Positions 40,077 to 50,144 of a stretch of 64,000 nucleotides of DNA are shown in pieces. The stretch is from the NCBI GenBank assembly GCA_965267575.1, contig OZ254086.1, positions 2,208,001-2,272,000 on the forward strand, read 5' to 3'. Origin of the DNA: Calditrichales bacterium (GTDB lineage: Bacteria; Calditrichota; Calditrichia; Calditrichales; J004). The notes beneath the pieces were generated by a model. That model ran no database searches. It had not been told where the DNA came from and was given only the letters and a program-made list of their open reading frames with translations. Numbering within the stretch: the first letter of the stretch is position 1; every line of letters begins with the position of its first letter. Both the position numbers and the translations under genes were made by a program.

Positions 40077-43076
40077 TTAATGGATAAAGTTTAGCGATTT
40101 TAACTGGCGCACCACATGGCGATAGAGGTAATGGTGCACATCGTAGCGTCCGTCCGCGCGGATCAGAATACCGTCATCGGCCATGCTTTTGAGCATCAGG
40201 GTGGAGCTTTGCAGGTTGCTGCGGAAAATGGCGGCATGCTGCTTTTCGGTGATGGCGCCGTGCTGCATAATGGCCGCCAGCGTAAACATTTTGTCCGCCG
40301 GCAGCTGCCCCAGGAAAGTATAGTCCAGGTCCAGGTCGGGATCGATGATCACTTCTTCATCGTCAAAACGTACAATGGAGCGCTGCCAGAGCATAAGCGC
40401 GATGGAGATGTTGCCTTCGGCTATGTCGCTGAGCTGATCAAAAAAATAATCGCGCAAATAGCTTTGTTTTTCTTCTTCGCTTTTCAGTTTTCTGAATTCC
40501 GATTTTCGCTCCATCTTTTCCGGCACCTCCAGCGTCAGCCTGTAGCCACTGGTTATGTGCCGTTTCATGATCATTTCCTCGATCTGACGGCGCGGCAGGT
40601 CGCCCAGATGCACGACATGACGGAAGTAATCCGAGATGTTGAGCAGTTTATCCAGGTACTGCCAGGCGTATTTGGAGCAGCTTGCTATCCAGAAAATATG
40701 CGGATTGGTGTTGGAAATAAACAACAGGAAGCGCTCAAGCAGATCAAAGCCGTCGGTGGTGCGCAGAAACAGGTGGTGAATGTTTTCCAGCAAAACGATG
40801 CGCGGCTGCTCCCAGCGCTCAATGATCTCTTCCAGTTGTTCCAGGGAATGGGCGCCTTTTTCCAGCTTAAGTTGTTTGCTAAGCCAGTCGCTGAACAGTT
40901 TTTCGTCAATCAGGCTTTCATCCAGAACCAGGTTGTAAAGTTTGTAGCCTTCAAAAACTTCCGCCACGCTGTTTTCCAGCAGTGATGTTTTCCCGCTTCC
41001 TTTTTCGCCCACGATGCTGATGCAGGCAAATTGTCCCTTCTCCCAGATTTCCAGTCCGCCGGCCAGCGCTCTTATCTCCTTTTCGCGCGCCGCAAAAAAG
41101 CGGCTATCAGCGGTTTGCTCCAGCCGGAAAAGGCGCTGGTAGACAAAAGGAAGCGAGCGGATCTTGTCTTCCGTGTCCAGCAGAAAGGCCGTTGCTTCTT
41201 CACTAACGCGGCGGGCATGTGTCTCCAGCCCGGCCAGCTTGCGAAACTCGGCGTACCGCCCGTAGAGCCATTTCCAGCCCTTGCGCACATAGCGCAGGCC
41301 CAAAGGCAGTAGCCTCTTGAAGTATGTCCAGCTGTTGCGGCTTATCTCGCGCACACGCTCACGGGCACGGGCACGCACCAGCCGCAATTTCAGATCAATG
41401 ATTTGGGCATTGTCCACCAGGTTAAGCAGACGGCTTATAATTTCACGGGCCGATTCCTTTCCTGCCGTGGCTGTTTCGCCGGCCGAGCGCTCCAGTAGTT
41501 GGGACAGGTCTTCCACTTTGCCGACAGCTCGTTCCAGCCCTTCAATGCAGATTTCCGCGGCTTTACCCACAGCATCGTCTTTGGCACGTGTTTTCTGCAG
41601 CATAGCCAGGGCCGATTCAAAGTTAAAATCGACCACCTGGTCCACTTCGGATATTTCGCGGCTCAGTTTTTGAGACAATTCAGAAACGCTTTTTTTCACC
41701 TGCGTCAACCTGCGCAGTGCCGGAATAAATACGTCGTTTTCAGTCAGGTCACGCAGGTTGATCGTTTCCGTCTCAAAGCGCGGCGGCACCATCGTCAGGT
41801 CTTCGGATTTAAGGATAATCTCCTTTTCCGGGATTTCTTCGGGGATGTGCTTCAGGATCTGTTCAAACTCTTCCAGCGGCTTTGCAGGATTGCTGTTGTT
41901 GATGGTATCCAGCAGGGGTGGCAGATGTTGCCGGCGCAGGTGGCGCGTTATCTCGCGGCCGCGGCGGACAATCTGCTGGCGCAGGTCTGTTTTACTTTGC
42001 GCCATATTCTCATTGAAATCATCCAGCGATTGCTGCAGGTCATTACGTACCGCTTCAAAAGGGGGATAAAGGTTTTTTGTGAAAATGCTGTCCAGGCTGT
42101 CTCTGAGGACGCACCACTGGGAGGCAACGTTACAGGTTACAAAACCAAGTCGCAGGTTGGTCTGCCAGTCACCGAGTATTGCCTGCCAGTATTCCTGCCA
42201 TTTTTGGGCGTAACGCGTGCGCATTTTTTGCAGCAGGATTTGGCGCCGGTAAACACGCCGCCGCCCGAAGCGCCGCCCGGGCCAGGCAAAGCTGGCAGCC
42301 TTTTGCCATTTTTCACGGGCCTCATCAAATACCTTTTCGATGTTTGCGCCCAGGTCTTCTTCAGCCTCCCGCAGCAGCTCCTCAAAACCCTGCACCTGCC
42401 GGCGCAGCGGCTCCAGGTCTGTGGCCATGTCGGCTTCACCACCGTTGCCGTTTTCATCCGGTAATAATCCGGAATGCGTTAAAGCCATGGCCCAGTCGTT
42501 CTCGACATGCTGCAGCAGTTGCGCCGTTTTTTGCAGCAGGTATTGGCGGTACTCCCACAGCGCTTCCAGCACCGGCCGCTGCAGATGAAACTTAATAAAA
42601 GGGGACGTTTCAAAAGAGCGCTGCAAAACAGCCTTTTTGTGCCACAGGGCGTGCCAGCCTATACGCCGGCGCAGCAAAAAACGGCGTAAACGCACATAGC
42701 TGTCATCATCCGGGCGGGCGGAAAAGAGAGCGGACGTGTAATCTTCGCTGTGTTGTGCCGGGATTTCTTCAAGAATACCGCCGAAGTGAATGTCCAGGAC
42801 ATCCGGAGGTTGCGGCGCCCCCTGTTCGATCAGCAGGCCGCAGGTTTCATGTATCGCTGCTTCAAGCTGCCGGAGCGCTTCCAGCCATATTTCACTTTGC
42901 CGCCGGGTGTCTTCGTTTTTGCCGGAAGCATGAAGTTCCGCCAGGGGAGCCAGCGCTTTATGAAATTTCTCCAGGTTTTGCCACAAAGCCGCTGCTCCGC
43001 CACGGACATGCTCCAGGCACAGTTCACGGATTTCGGCGCGAAAAGTCTCAAATAACCTGTTCTCAATCTGAGACAT
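40077..43076 (-). CDS. Large helical protein with C-terminal P-loop NTPase
   Basis: Walker A GEKGSGKTS, Walker B-like IVLLEN; ~650 aa helical N-terminus; ATG 43076 has GGAG upstream. Confidence 0.8.
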   Translation of the reverse strand: MSQIENRLFETFRAEIRELCLEHVRGGAAALWQNLEKFHKALAPLAELHASGKNEDTRRQSEIWLEALRQLEAAIHETCGLLIEQGAPQPPDVLDIHFGGILEEIPAQHSEDYTSALFSARPDDDSYVRLRRFLLRRRIGWHALWHKKAVLQRSFETSPFIKFHLQRPVLEALWEYRQYLLQKTAQLLQHVENDWAMALTHSGLLPDENGNGGEADMATDLEPLRRQVQGFEELLREAEEDLGANIEKVFDEAREKWQKAASFAWPGRRFGRRRVYRRQILLQKMRTRYAQKWQEYWQAILGDWQTNLRLGFVTCNVASQWCVLRDSLDSIFTKNLYPPFEAVRNDLQQSLDDFNENMAQSKTDLRQQIVRRGREITRHLRRQHLPPLLDTINNSNPAKPLEEFEQILKHIPEEIPEKEIILKSEDLTMVPPRFETETINLRDLTENDVFIPALRRLTQVKKSVSELSQKLSREISEVDQVVDFNFESALAMLQKTRAKDDAVGKAAEICIEGLERAVGKVEDLSQLLERSAGETATAGKESAREIISRLLNLVDNAQIIDLKLRLVRARARERVREISRNSWTYFKRLLPLGLRYVRKGWKWLYGRYAEFRKLAGLETHARRVSEEATAFLLDTEDKIRSLPFVYQRLFRLEQTADSRFFAAREKEIRALAGGLEIWEKGQFACISIVGEKGSGKTSLLENSVAEVFEGYKLYNLVLDESLIDEKLFSDWLSKQLKLEKGAHSLEQLEEIIERWEQPRIVLLENIHHLFLRTTDGFDLLERFLLFISNTNPHIFWIASCSKYAWQYLDKLLNISDYFRHVVHLGDLPRRQIEEMIMKRHITSGYRLTLEVPEKMERKSEFRKLKSEEEKQSYLRDYFFDQLSDIAEGNISIALMLWQRSIVRFDDEEVIIDPDLDLDYTFLGQLPADKMFTLAAIMQHGAITEKQHAAIFRSNLQSSTLMLKSMADDGILIRADGRYDVHHYLYRHVVRQLKSLNFIH

Positions 43077-43195
43077 GGTTTTTATGCTCCGTCGCAATTC
43101 AGATCATGTTTATAGTGTTGTGAAGGACAAAATTTAGCCAAAAAAGTAGTTTTGTACACTATTAATCTTTTGACTTAAAAGCAAAGGTCGACGGA

Positions 43196-44266
43196 TTACG
43201 CGTCTGAGGGCTGCAGCTCCAGGTCTTCCTTGCGCGCCCAGCTTGCCAGGGCTTCAATCCAGGCCTCGTGCTCGTTCATGCAGGGAATCATGCGGAATTC
43301 CTCACCGCCGTGTTCAAGGAACGTTTCTTTGCCGCCCATGCCGATCTCTTCCAGGGTTTCCAGGCAATCGGAAACAAAGGCCGGGCAGATTACAAGAAGT
43401 TTTTTAATACCTTCTTTTGCAAGCCTGGCGATCGTTTCATCGGTAAAGGGCGTTAGCCAGGGATCCTTGCCCAGGCGCGATTGAAAGGCGACGGAATATT
43501 TGGATTTATCCAGCTTAAAATGCTCGGCGAAGAGCTGCGTGGTGCGGAAGCACTGGTGTCGGTAACACACCTCATGGGCCGGGGATGGCGTGAAGCAGCA
43601 ATTTTCCACTTTAAGGCAGTGGGCGCCGGTGGGGTCGCTTTTACGCAAATGGCGCTCCGGCAGGCCGTGGTAGCTGAACAGCAAATAATCATAATCACTT
43701 TCCAGCCACGGCTTGGCACTTTCGGTTAATGCCTTCATATAAAGCGGGTGCTGGTAGTAGGGTTTAATAATATTTAGCGCGATTGTTTTTTTGCGACCGC
43801 GCAGATCATTTTTAACTGCTTCCACAACAGATTCAAAGGTCGACATGGCGTAATGCGGGTACATGGGAATCAACAAAATTTCTTCAATATCCGGCTTTTG
43901 TTGCAGGATTTCGTCGATGCCTGCTTTTATGGACGGTTTGCGATAGCTCATGCCCAGTCCCACCGGTACATCAACTTTTTTCTGCAAAAGCTCTTTTACA
44001 GCGTAACTTGTCACAATCAACGGGGAACCTTCTTTGGTCCAGATCTTTTCATAAGCTTCCGCCGATTGTTTTGGGCGAAAAGGCAGAATAAAGGCGCCGA
44101 CAATAAAGCGCCTGAGTAAATAAGGATAGTCGAAAACGCGTTTATCCATTAAGAACTCGTCAAGATACCGTCGAACATCTTTGACTTTCGTGGAATCCGG
44201 TGAGCCGAGATTGACCAATAAAACACCATATGACTTTTGCACAATATTCTCCGATCCGTATTTCAT
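43196..44266 (-). CDS. hemH: Ferrochelatase
   Basis: NLGSP, GSPL, FSYHGLP, FQSRLG..WL.P, F..DCLETLEE. Confidence 0.97.
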   Translation of the reverse strand: MKYGSENIVQKSYGVLLVNLGSPDSTKVKDVRRYLDEFLMDKRVFDYPYLLRRFIVGAFILPFRPKQSAEAYEKIWTKEGSPLIVTSYAVKELLQKKVDVPVGLGMSYRKPSIKAGIDEILQQKPDIEEILLIPMYPHYAMSTFESVVEAVKNDLRGRKKTIALNIIKPYYQHPLYMKALTESAKPWLESDYDYLLFSYHGLPERHLRKSDPTGAHCLKVENCCFTPSPAHEVCYRHQCFRTTQLFAEHFKLDKSKYSVAFQSRLGKDPWLTPFTDETIARLAKEGIKKLLVICPAFVSDCLETLEEIGMGGKETFLEHGGEEFRMIPCMNEHEAWIEALASWARKEDLELQPSDA

Positions 44267-44392
44267 GTTTTCAAACGAACATTTAAGGTAAATTGCGAAT
44301 TATAAAGATTCAAAAAAACGTTTTAAAAGTGGTTTGGATGAAGCATTTTACTTTGTATATTGTGTACTAATTTTGATATCTTGTGAGGCATA

Positions 44393-45217
44393 ATGATATA
44401 CCTGATCAGCCTGGGAAATGTATTGCTGCCGCTGCTGTATTTGCTGGCCTTGATTTTATACGGATTGTACTTCTTCCGCAACGACAAATCCCTGGAACCC
44501 TACCTGTCGCCCTTGTTGCGCATTACCGTTCTGATCCACTTTGCCGAGGTGGTTTTCAGGGGCATCTACTTCAGCCATTTCCCGATGGCCGGCATTTTTG
44601 AAGCGGCCACCGTTATGGCCCTGGCCATTGCCGTCATCTATCTCTATATCGAAACGCGCATCAAGGAAAAATCGACGGGCTATTTTATTTTACTTCTGGT
44701 CTTTTCGCTGCAACTTATCTCGTCCGCATTCATCGATTTTGTTGATGATATACCGGAGATTCTGAACAATCCCCTTTTTATTTTTCATACCAGCGCGGCG
44801 ATACTGGGTTATACCGGCCTGGCTATTTCGGCGCTATACAGCGTAATGTATCTTTTGCTTTTTAAGGAGATTAAAAAGAAACGTTTTGGATTGATTTATT
44901 CCCGTATGCCCTCTCTTGCCGTGCTCGAGGAAATGATGATGAAAGCGGCGTGGCTTGGTATCGGCTTTTTAACGCTGGCAATCCTGCTTGGTATCTACTG
45001 GAGTTTTGAGATTTTCGGAACATTTGTCTACAGCGATAGCAAGATTATCATCGCGCTGATTACGTGGGTTTTTTATATGGTGGGTATGCTGGTAAAAAAA
45101 TACCGCAGCATTTCGGGTAAAAAGGTCGCCATGATTTCACTCTCCGGTTTTTCGTTGATTGTGGTCTCATTGCTGGCCGTTAACCTGTTTTTTCAATCGT
45201 TCCATAAATTCTATTAA
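44393..45217 (+). CDS. CcsA/HemX-like cytochrome c assembly-family membrane protein
   Basis: About 8 TM helices, conserved His, PSL..LE, G..W, DSK; directly before hemA. Confidence 0.8.
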   Translation: MIYLISLGNVLLPLLYLLALILYGLYFFRNDKSLEPYLSPLLRITVLIHFAEVVFRGIYFSHFPMAGIFEAATVMALAIAVIYLYIETRIKEKSTGYFILLLVFSLQLISSAFIDFVDDIPEILNNPLFIFHTSAAILGYTGLAISALYSVMYLLLFKEIKKKRFGLIYSRMPSLAVLEEMMMKAAWLGIGFLTLAILLGIYWSFEIFGTFVYSDSKIIIALITWVFYMVGMLVKKYRSISGKKVAMISLSGFSLIVVSLLAVNLFFQSFHKFY

Positions 45218-45221
45218 TACC

Positions 45222-46508
45222 ATGAGCGAGAAACTTTTCGAAACTTATATGTTCGGCATCAGCCATAAGGTGGCCGCGGTAGATCTGCGCGATAAAGCCT
45301 CCTTTACGCCCGCCGATATTCCGGCCGCGCTGGAGCTGCTGAACGGACGTTTCCATTTTGCGGAAAGCCTGATCCTCTCCACCTGCAACCGCACGGAAAT
45401 CTATGCCATTGCCGAGGCCGGACGCATTACACGCAGGGAATTTGAGACATTCTTCAGGGAGCAGAAGCCGCAGATCAGCGAAGACGAGTTGCAGAAATTC
45501 TACTTCGAGAACGGGCCCGACGCCATCCGCCATCTGTTCCGCGTCGTGTCAGGCGTGGAGTCGATGATATTGGGTGAACCGCAGATCCAGGGACAGGTAA
45601 AGGATGCACACAAGATTGCCTTTAATGCCCACGCCAGCGGTAATTTTCTGAACAAGCTTTTTAATATGGCTGTGGTGGTCGGCAAACGCGTCCGTACGGA
45701 AACCGACCTGTGCAAAGGCGCGGTAAGCGTGGCCTTTGCCGCCGTGGAGCTGGCAGAAAAGATTTTCAAAGATCTCTCTAACAAGCGTGTACTGTTGATC
45801 GGCAGCGGGGAAACGGGCACGCTGGTGGCCCGCAACCTGCAGGACAAAGGCGTCAGCCAGATCACCATCACGAACCGCACGGCATCCAAGGCGCAGAACC
45901 TGGCGCGTGAGCTTAACGGGCTCTCCATGGATTTTGCGGCATTCAAAAAAGCGCTGCCTTTGTTCGATGTGATCATCGGTTCCACAGGCGCGCCGCACAC
46001 GGTTCTTAACGCCAAGGACCTGGCCGAAACACAGCATATGCGTCGTTCCCGTCCGCTGATATTGATTGACATTGCCGCCCCTCGTGACTTTGACCCGGAC
46101 ATCAACGAACTGGAAAATCTTTTTCTGTACAACATCGACGATCTGCAAAATATCATCTCGCTTAATCTGGAAATGCGCCGCAAGGAACTGCCCCAGGTGG
46201 AAAAAATTATCAAGGAAGAGATCGCCCATTATTTTGAATGGAAAACGCAATTGCGCGTTACCCCGACCATTGTGGCCTTGCGTGAAAAACTGGAAGATAT
46301 TCGCCATGCCGAACTGGAAAAAATGCTATCTAAGCTGAGCGATGATGAAAAAGAACATGTAGAACGCATTACGCGTGGTATTGTAAATAAAATATTGCAT
46401 GAGCCCATGATCCACCTGCGCGCCTTTACCAACGGTAACACGGATGGCTATATGAAGGTGGACGTGGTGCGCGAATTATTTGGATTGGACAAGGATGAAA
46501 AAAGTTAA
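45222..46508 (+). CDS. hemA: Glutamyl-tRNA reductase
   Basis: STCNRTE, SMILGEPQIQGQ, GSGE, DIA.PRD. Confidence 0.98.
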   Translation: MSEKLFETYMFGISHKVAAVDLRDKASFTPADIPAALELLNGRFHFAESLILSTCNRTEIYAIAEAGRITRREFETFFREQKPQISEDELQKFYFENGPDAIRHLFRVVSGVESMILGEPQIQGQVKDAHKIAFNAHASGNFLNKLFNMAVVVGKRVRTETDLCKGAVSVAFAAVELAEKIFKDLSNKRVLLIGSGETGTLVARNLQDKGVSQITITNRTASKAQNLARELNGLSMDFAAFKKALPLFDVIIGSTGAPHTVLNAKDLAETQHMRRSRPLILIDIAAPRDFDPDINELENLFLYNIDDLQNIISLNLEMRRKELPQVEKIIKEEIAHYFEWKTQLRVTPTIVALREKLEDIRHAELEKMLSKLSDDEKEHVERITRGIVNKILHEPMIHLRAFTNGNTDGYMKVDVVRELFGLDKDEKS

Positions 46509-47424
46509 AATCGGAACCCGCCGCAGCGAGCTGGCCCTGTGGCAAAGCCATTGGGTAGAACGCGAACTCAAGAAAGCTTACCCTGAACTGACCATTGAAT
46601 TAAAAAAAATACAAACCATGGGTGACAAGATACTTGACACGCCACTTGCCAAAATCGGCTCCAAGGGTTTGTTTACTAAAGAACTGGACCGTGCGTTGCT
46701 GAACCGCGATGTGGATTTGGCGGTGCACAGCATGAAAGACGTGCCCACCGAGCTGCCGGAAGGATTGGTGATTACAGCCGTGACGGAACGCTGGGACACG
46801 CACGATGTGTTGATTCCACGCAACGGCGGCGGCGAAGAACTTTTTAACGGTAAACGCACCATCGCCACCGGCAGCCTCAGGCGTCGCGCGCAGCTTTTAC
46901 ATCACAACCCCGAGTTCAACATTATTGATATCCGCGGCAACCTGAACACGCGTTTGAAGAAACTGCAGGAATCGGATTGGGACGGTATGATTCTGGCCAA
47001 GGCCGGTGTGGAACGTTTAGGCTGGGATGATGTGCCCAAGGTGGAAATCCCGTTTGATATTATGCTTCCGGCGGTGGGACAGGGCAGTTTTGCCATTGTT
47101 TGCCGCGAGGATAACGCAGAAGTTCGCGAGCTGCTGGCACGTCTGGATGATGAGGCGTCGCGGATTGGCATTGAGGCCGAGCGCGCCTTATTGCGTGCTT
47201 TTGGCGGTGGCTGCCAGATGCCTTTGGGCGCGCGCGGTACAGTTGAAGGTGACATGTTAAAATTGGAGGGTTGTATCGCCCATCCCGATGGCAGCACGTT
47301 GTTGCGTGATACGGTGACGGTTAAAAAGAGTGACGCGGCGCAGGCCGGGCAAAAGCTGGCGGAAATGTTAATGGGCCGTGGCGGCGACGCCATCATGCGC
47401 TACGTGGACAGTTTAGCGGATTGA
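46495..47424 (+). CDS. hemC: Hydroxymethylbilane synthase
   Basis: GTR.S.LA, KGLFTKE, VHSMKD, RGN..TR, GGCQ.P. Confidence 0.98.
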   Translation: MKKVKIGTRRSELALWQSHWVERELKKAYPELTIELKKIQTMGDKILDTPLAKIGSKGLFTKELDRALLNRDVDLAVHSMKDVPTELPEGLVITAVTERWDTHDVLIPRNGGGEELFNGKRTIATGSLRRRAQLLHHNPEFNIIDIRGNLNTRLKKLQESDWDGMILAKAGVERLGWDDVPKVEIPFDIMLPAVGQGSFAIVCREDNAEVRELLARLDDEASRIGIEAERALLRAFGGGCQMPLGARGTVEGDMLKLEGCIAHPDGSTLLRDTVTVKKSDAAQAGQKLAEMLMGRGGDAIMRYVDSLAD

Positions 47425-47443
47425 TTTTTTCCGTGGGCTGTAG

Positions 47444-47778
47444 TTTCACCCCTTCGGGGTTGGATAAGGTTTATGGGTGGCAAATGCTATAATCCTTTCA
47501 CGCCTTCGGCGTTTGGTATAAGCGTAAGCAAAGATACATAAATGATCGTGCAAGTGTGTCGGGCTTTTAAAGATACTCCGGAGCTTTGGGTGGGGTCTAA
47601 TTTAAACCCTTTTAGGGTTGGGAGAAGTTAAAAACTATATTCATTTCACTGCTTTGGCTTTTTGGTGTACGGACTTATAAGAATTATGCTCAACCGAGAC
47701 GGCTATTGAATCCCGAAGGGATGAGATGATTATAGCAAAGCGAACCAAACAATAGATGAAACCCCGAAGGGGTGTCAT
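47444..47778. repeat. REP-like GAA/TTC-triloop hairpin array upstream of tnpA
   Basis: Units at 47444-47461, 47485-47513, 47605-47619, 47635-47661 (decayed), and inverted at 47709-47737 and 47760-47774. Confidence 0.85.
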
Positions 47779-47806
47779 TATTTAGCATACTCTTAAGGAG
47801 ATGACG

Positions 47807-48268
47807 GTGGCGGGCACCTATTCCAGGATTTATATCCAGGCGGTATTTTGCGTTCAGGACAGAAGCTGCCTTTTACGCCACGAGTGGAGAACGGAAATCT
47901 TTAAATACATGAGCGGCATCATAACCAACAAAGGCCACAAGGCGATCATTGTAAATGGCGTTGAAGACCACGTTCATGCCTTCTTTGGCTTAAAGCCATC
48001 GGCGGCCGTTTCGGACCTGGTGCGTGATATCAAAAACAACTCATCGCGATTTATCAATGAAAATCAGTGGCTTAGGGGCAAGTTTAGCTGGCAGCAAGGA
48101 TACGGCGCGTTCTCTTATGCGCATTCGCAACTGGACGCGGTTTATAATTACGTTTTAAATCAGGAAGCGCATCATAAAAAGCGCAGCTTTCGCGAAGAGT
48201 ATCAGGAGTTGCTAAAAAAATTTGATGTTGAATATGAACCGGAACATCTATTTAATTGGATTAATTGA
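47807..48268 (+). mobile_element. tnpA: IS200/IS605-type Y1 HUH transposase (TnpA/RAYT-like), no tnpB
   Basis: DHVH HUH motif, FSWQ.GYGAFS, Y..NQ..HH catalytic Tyr; GTG 47807 lies 6 nt after AAGGAG. Confidence 0.92.
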
Positions 48269-48271
48269 TCA

Positions 48272-48994
48272 TTGAAAATTTTGATTTTGCGTGGCGAAGA
48301 AGAATCGCCTGGATGGCGGGAGCATCTCACAAAGGCCGGCATACACTCTACCTTTTTGCAGACTTTAAAAACAGAACCGCTCGCGGATGAGTCAATTCAA
48401 AAAATTGCCGCGCGTTTACAAACCACGCCCGAGGCCTGGCTGGTCTTAAGCAGCAGCCGCGGCGTAGAAGCGTGGAAGAAATGGCACCCGGGCAAAGGGC
48501 AGTTACCGCACAAACTGGCCGCTGTAGGGCAAAAAACGGCGGAAGCCTGCAAAAGCCGGCTGGCAGTACAGCCACGTATCCAAAGTGATACACTGCAGGA
48601 TTGCCTGATAGCTATTGCCGCTAATGATGCCGGCGCCCGCGTCATCAGTTTGACCAGTGACAAGGGTGTAAAAACGATCCAACCTGATGTACCGCCGGGA
48701 ATGTACTTTGAACGCCACGCCATTTATACGACATCTTTTGTTGAGCATGATCCGCTGCACGTAAAAAAACTCGCTTCAGAGAATTTTGACTTTTGTCTTT
48801 TTACAAGTCCCAGTACATTTGGGGCTCTCAAAAAACGGCCTGAACTGATGCGGCATATCGAAAGCGGCCGTTGGAAAATAGCCGCCTGGGGTGATACCAC
48901 GGCAGATTATATTAAAGAACAGGGAGTGCCGGTGGCTCTTGTGCCTCCGCGCCCGGAGTTGGATACACTGATTAAAGCATTGTTGAATTATTGA
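48272..48994 (+). CDS. hemD: Uroporphyrinogen-III synthase
   Basis: SSRGV, AVG.KTA, Y.T, FTSPS, G.TTA; position in the hem operon. Confidence 0.85.
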   Translation: MKILILRGEEESPGWREHLTKAGIHSTFLQTLKTEPLADESIQKIAARLQTTPEAWLVLSSSRGVEAWKKWHPGKGQLPHKLAAVGQKTAEACKSRLAVQPRIQSDTLQDCLIAIAANDAGARVISLTSDKGVKTIQPDVPPGMYFERHAIYTTSFVEHDPLHVKKLASENFDFCLFTSPSTFGALKKRPELMRHIESGRWKIAAWGDTTADYIKEQGVPVALVPPRPELDTLIKALLNY

Positions 48995-49045
48995 GTGGGT
49001 GAATGGATGTGGCCTAGTGTCTCATTGACCCATTTAATAATTCAA
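48983..49045. repeat. 23-bp inverted repeat overlapping the hemD stop
   Basis: TTGAATTATTGAGTGGGTGAATG vs CATTGACCCATTTAATAATTCAA, 20/23 complementary. Confidence 0.75.
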
Positions 49046-49064
49046 AAAAAGAAAGAGGACTACA

Positions 49065-50111
49065 TTGAAAAATCATTTGTTTATTGATGCCTGTTTTGGC
49101 CGGCCCGTGGATCGTGCGCCTGTATGGATGATGCGCCAGGCCGGACGCTACCTGCCGGAATACCGCGCTATCCGCAAAAAGCATAGCTTTATAGAAATGT
49201 ATAAATCGCCGGAGTTGGCGACCGAAGTAACGCTGCAGCCGATCGATATCGTTGGTGCCGATGCCGCTATCTTGTTTTCGGACATTTTAGTGATACCGGA
49301 AGCGATGGGTATGGCGCTGGAATTTCATGAAGGGCGCGGACCCGTATTGCCGCAGCCGTTGCGTGATGAAAAAGCCATCGACGGATTGGAAACGAGCGAT
49401 GTCGCAGGTAATCTCACTTTTGTCTACGATGCTATCAAAATGTTGCGTCGCGAGCTCAACGAGCGGGTGCCGTTAATCGGTTTCAGCGGGGCCCCGTGGA
49501 CGCTGGCTACCTACATGGTAGAAGGCGGTGGTTCCAAAAATTACAAAAACGTAAAAGGCATGCGTTTCGCCCGCCCGGACCTCCTGGAAAAGCTTTTAGA
49601 CAAACTGGGTGACGCAGTTGTGGCCTATTGCAAGGCGCAGATTGAGGCCGGCGCGCAGGCCATCCAGCTGTTTGATTCATGGGCCGGCAACCTGGATGCC
49701 GAGGGCTACCTGACCTACATCCTGCCGCGCATCAAAAAAACAATCGCCGGGATAAAAACTGACAACGTGCCCGTTATATACTTTGCCCGTGGCGCAATGC
49801 ACTTGCTGGATGAAGTGTCACAATGTGGTGCGGACGTGGTTGGCATTGACTGGTCGATCACATCTTCGGCGGCGAAAGAGGCCGTCGCAGGCCGCTGTGC
49901 TGTGCAGGGTAACCTGGACCCAACAGCACTTTACGCCGGGCCGGATGTGATCCGCAAAAACGTGCGCACGATGATCGAAGGCTTTAAAGGCAGCAAAGGT
50001 TATGTGGCCAACCTGGGACACGGGATTCTGCCGGATATCCCGGTGGAACACGCCAAAGCGTTTATTGCTTCGGTAAAAGAAGAGAGTGCGAAAATTTATA
50101 AGAATGTCTGA
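49065..50111 (+). CDS. hemE: Uroporphyrinogen decarboxylase
   Basis: WMMRQAGRYLPEY, FSDIL, FDSW, QGNLDP, NLGHG. Confidence 0.98.
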   Translation: MKNHLFIDACFGRPVDRAPVWMMRQAGRYLPEYRAIRKKHSFIEMYKSPELATEVTLQPIDIVGADAAILFSDILVIPEAMGMALEFHEGRGPVLPQPLRDEKAIDGLETSDVAGNLTFVYDAIKMLRRELNERVPLIGFSGAPWTLATYMVEGGGSKNYKNVKGMRFARPDLLEKLLDKLGDAVVAYCKAQIEAGAQAIQLFDSWAGNLDAEGYLTYILPRIKKTIAGIKTDNVPVIYFARGAMHLLDEVSQCGADVVGIDWSITSSAAKEAVAGRCAVQGNLDPTALYAGPDVIRKNVRTMIEGFKGSKGYVANLGHGILPDIPVEHAKAFIASVKEESAKIYKNV

Positions 50112-50144
50112 CATTCAAAATCCCAATCCGTGAGGACCCCCGCT

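Noticed and set aside
48269-48994. tnpB/IscB or omega-RNA downstream of tnpA
   Set aside because: The next ORF starts 3 nt later and has HemD motifs; no RuvC or zinc-finger motifs and no space for an RNA.
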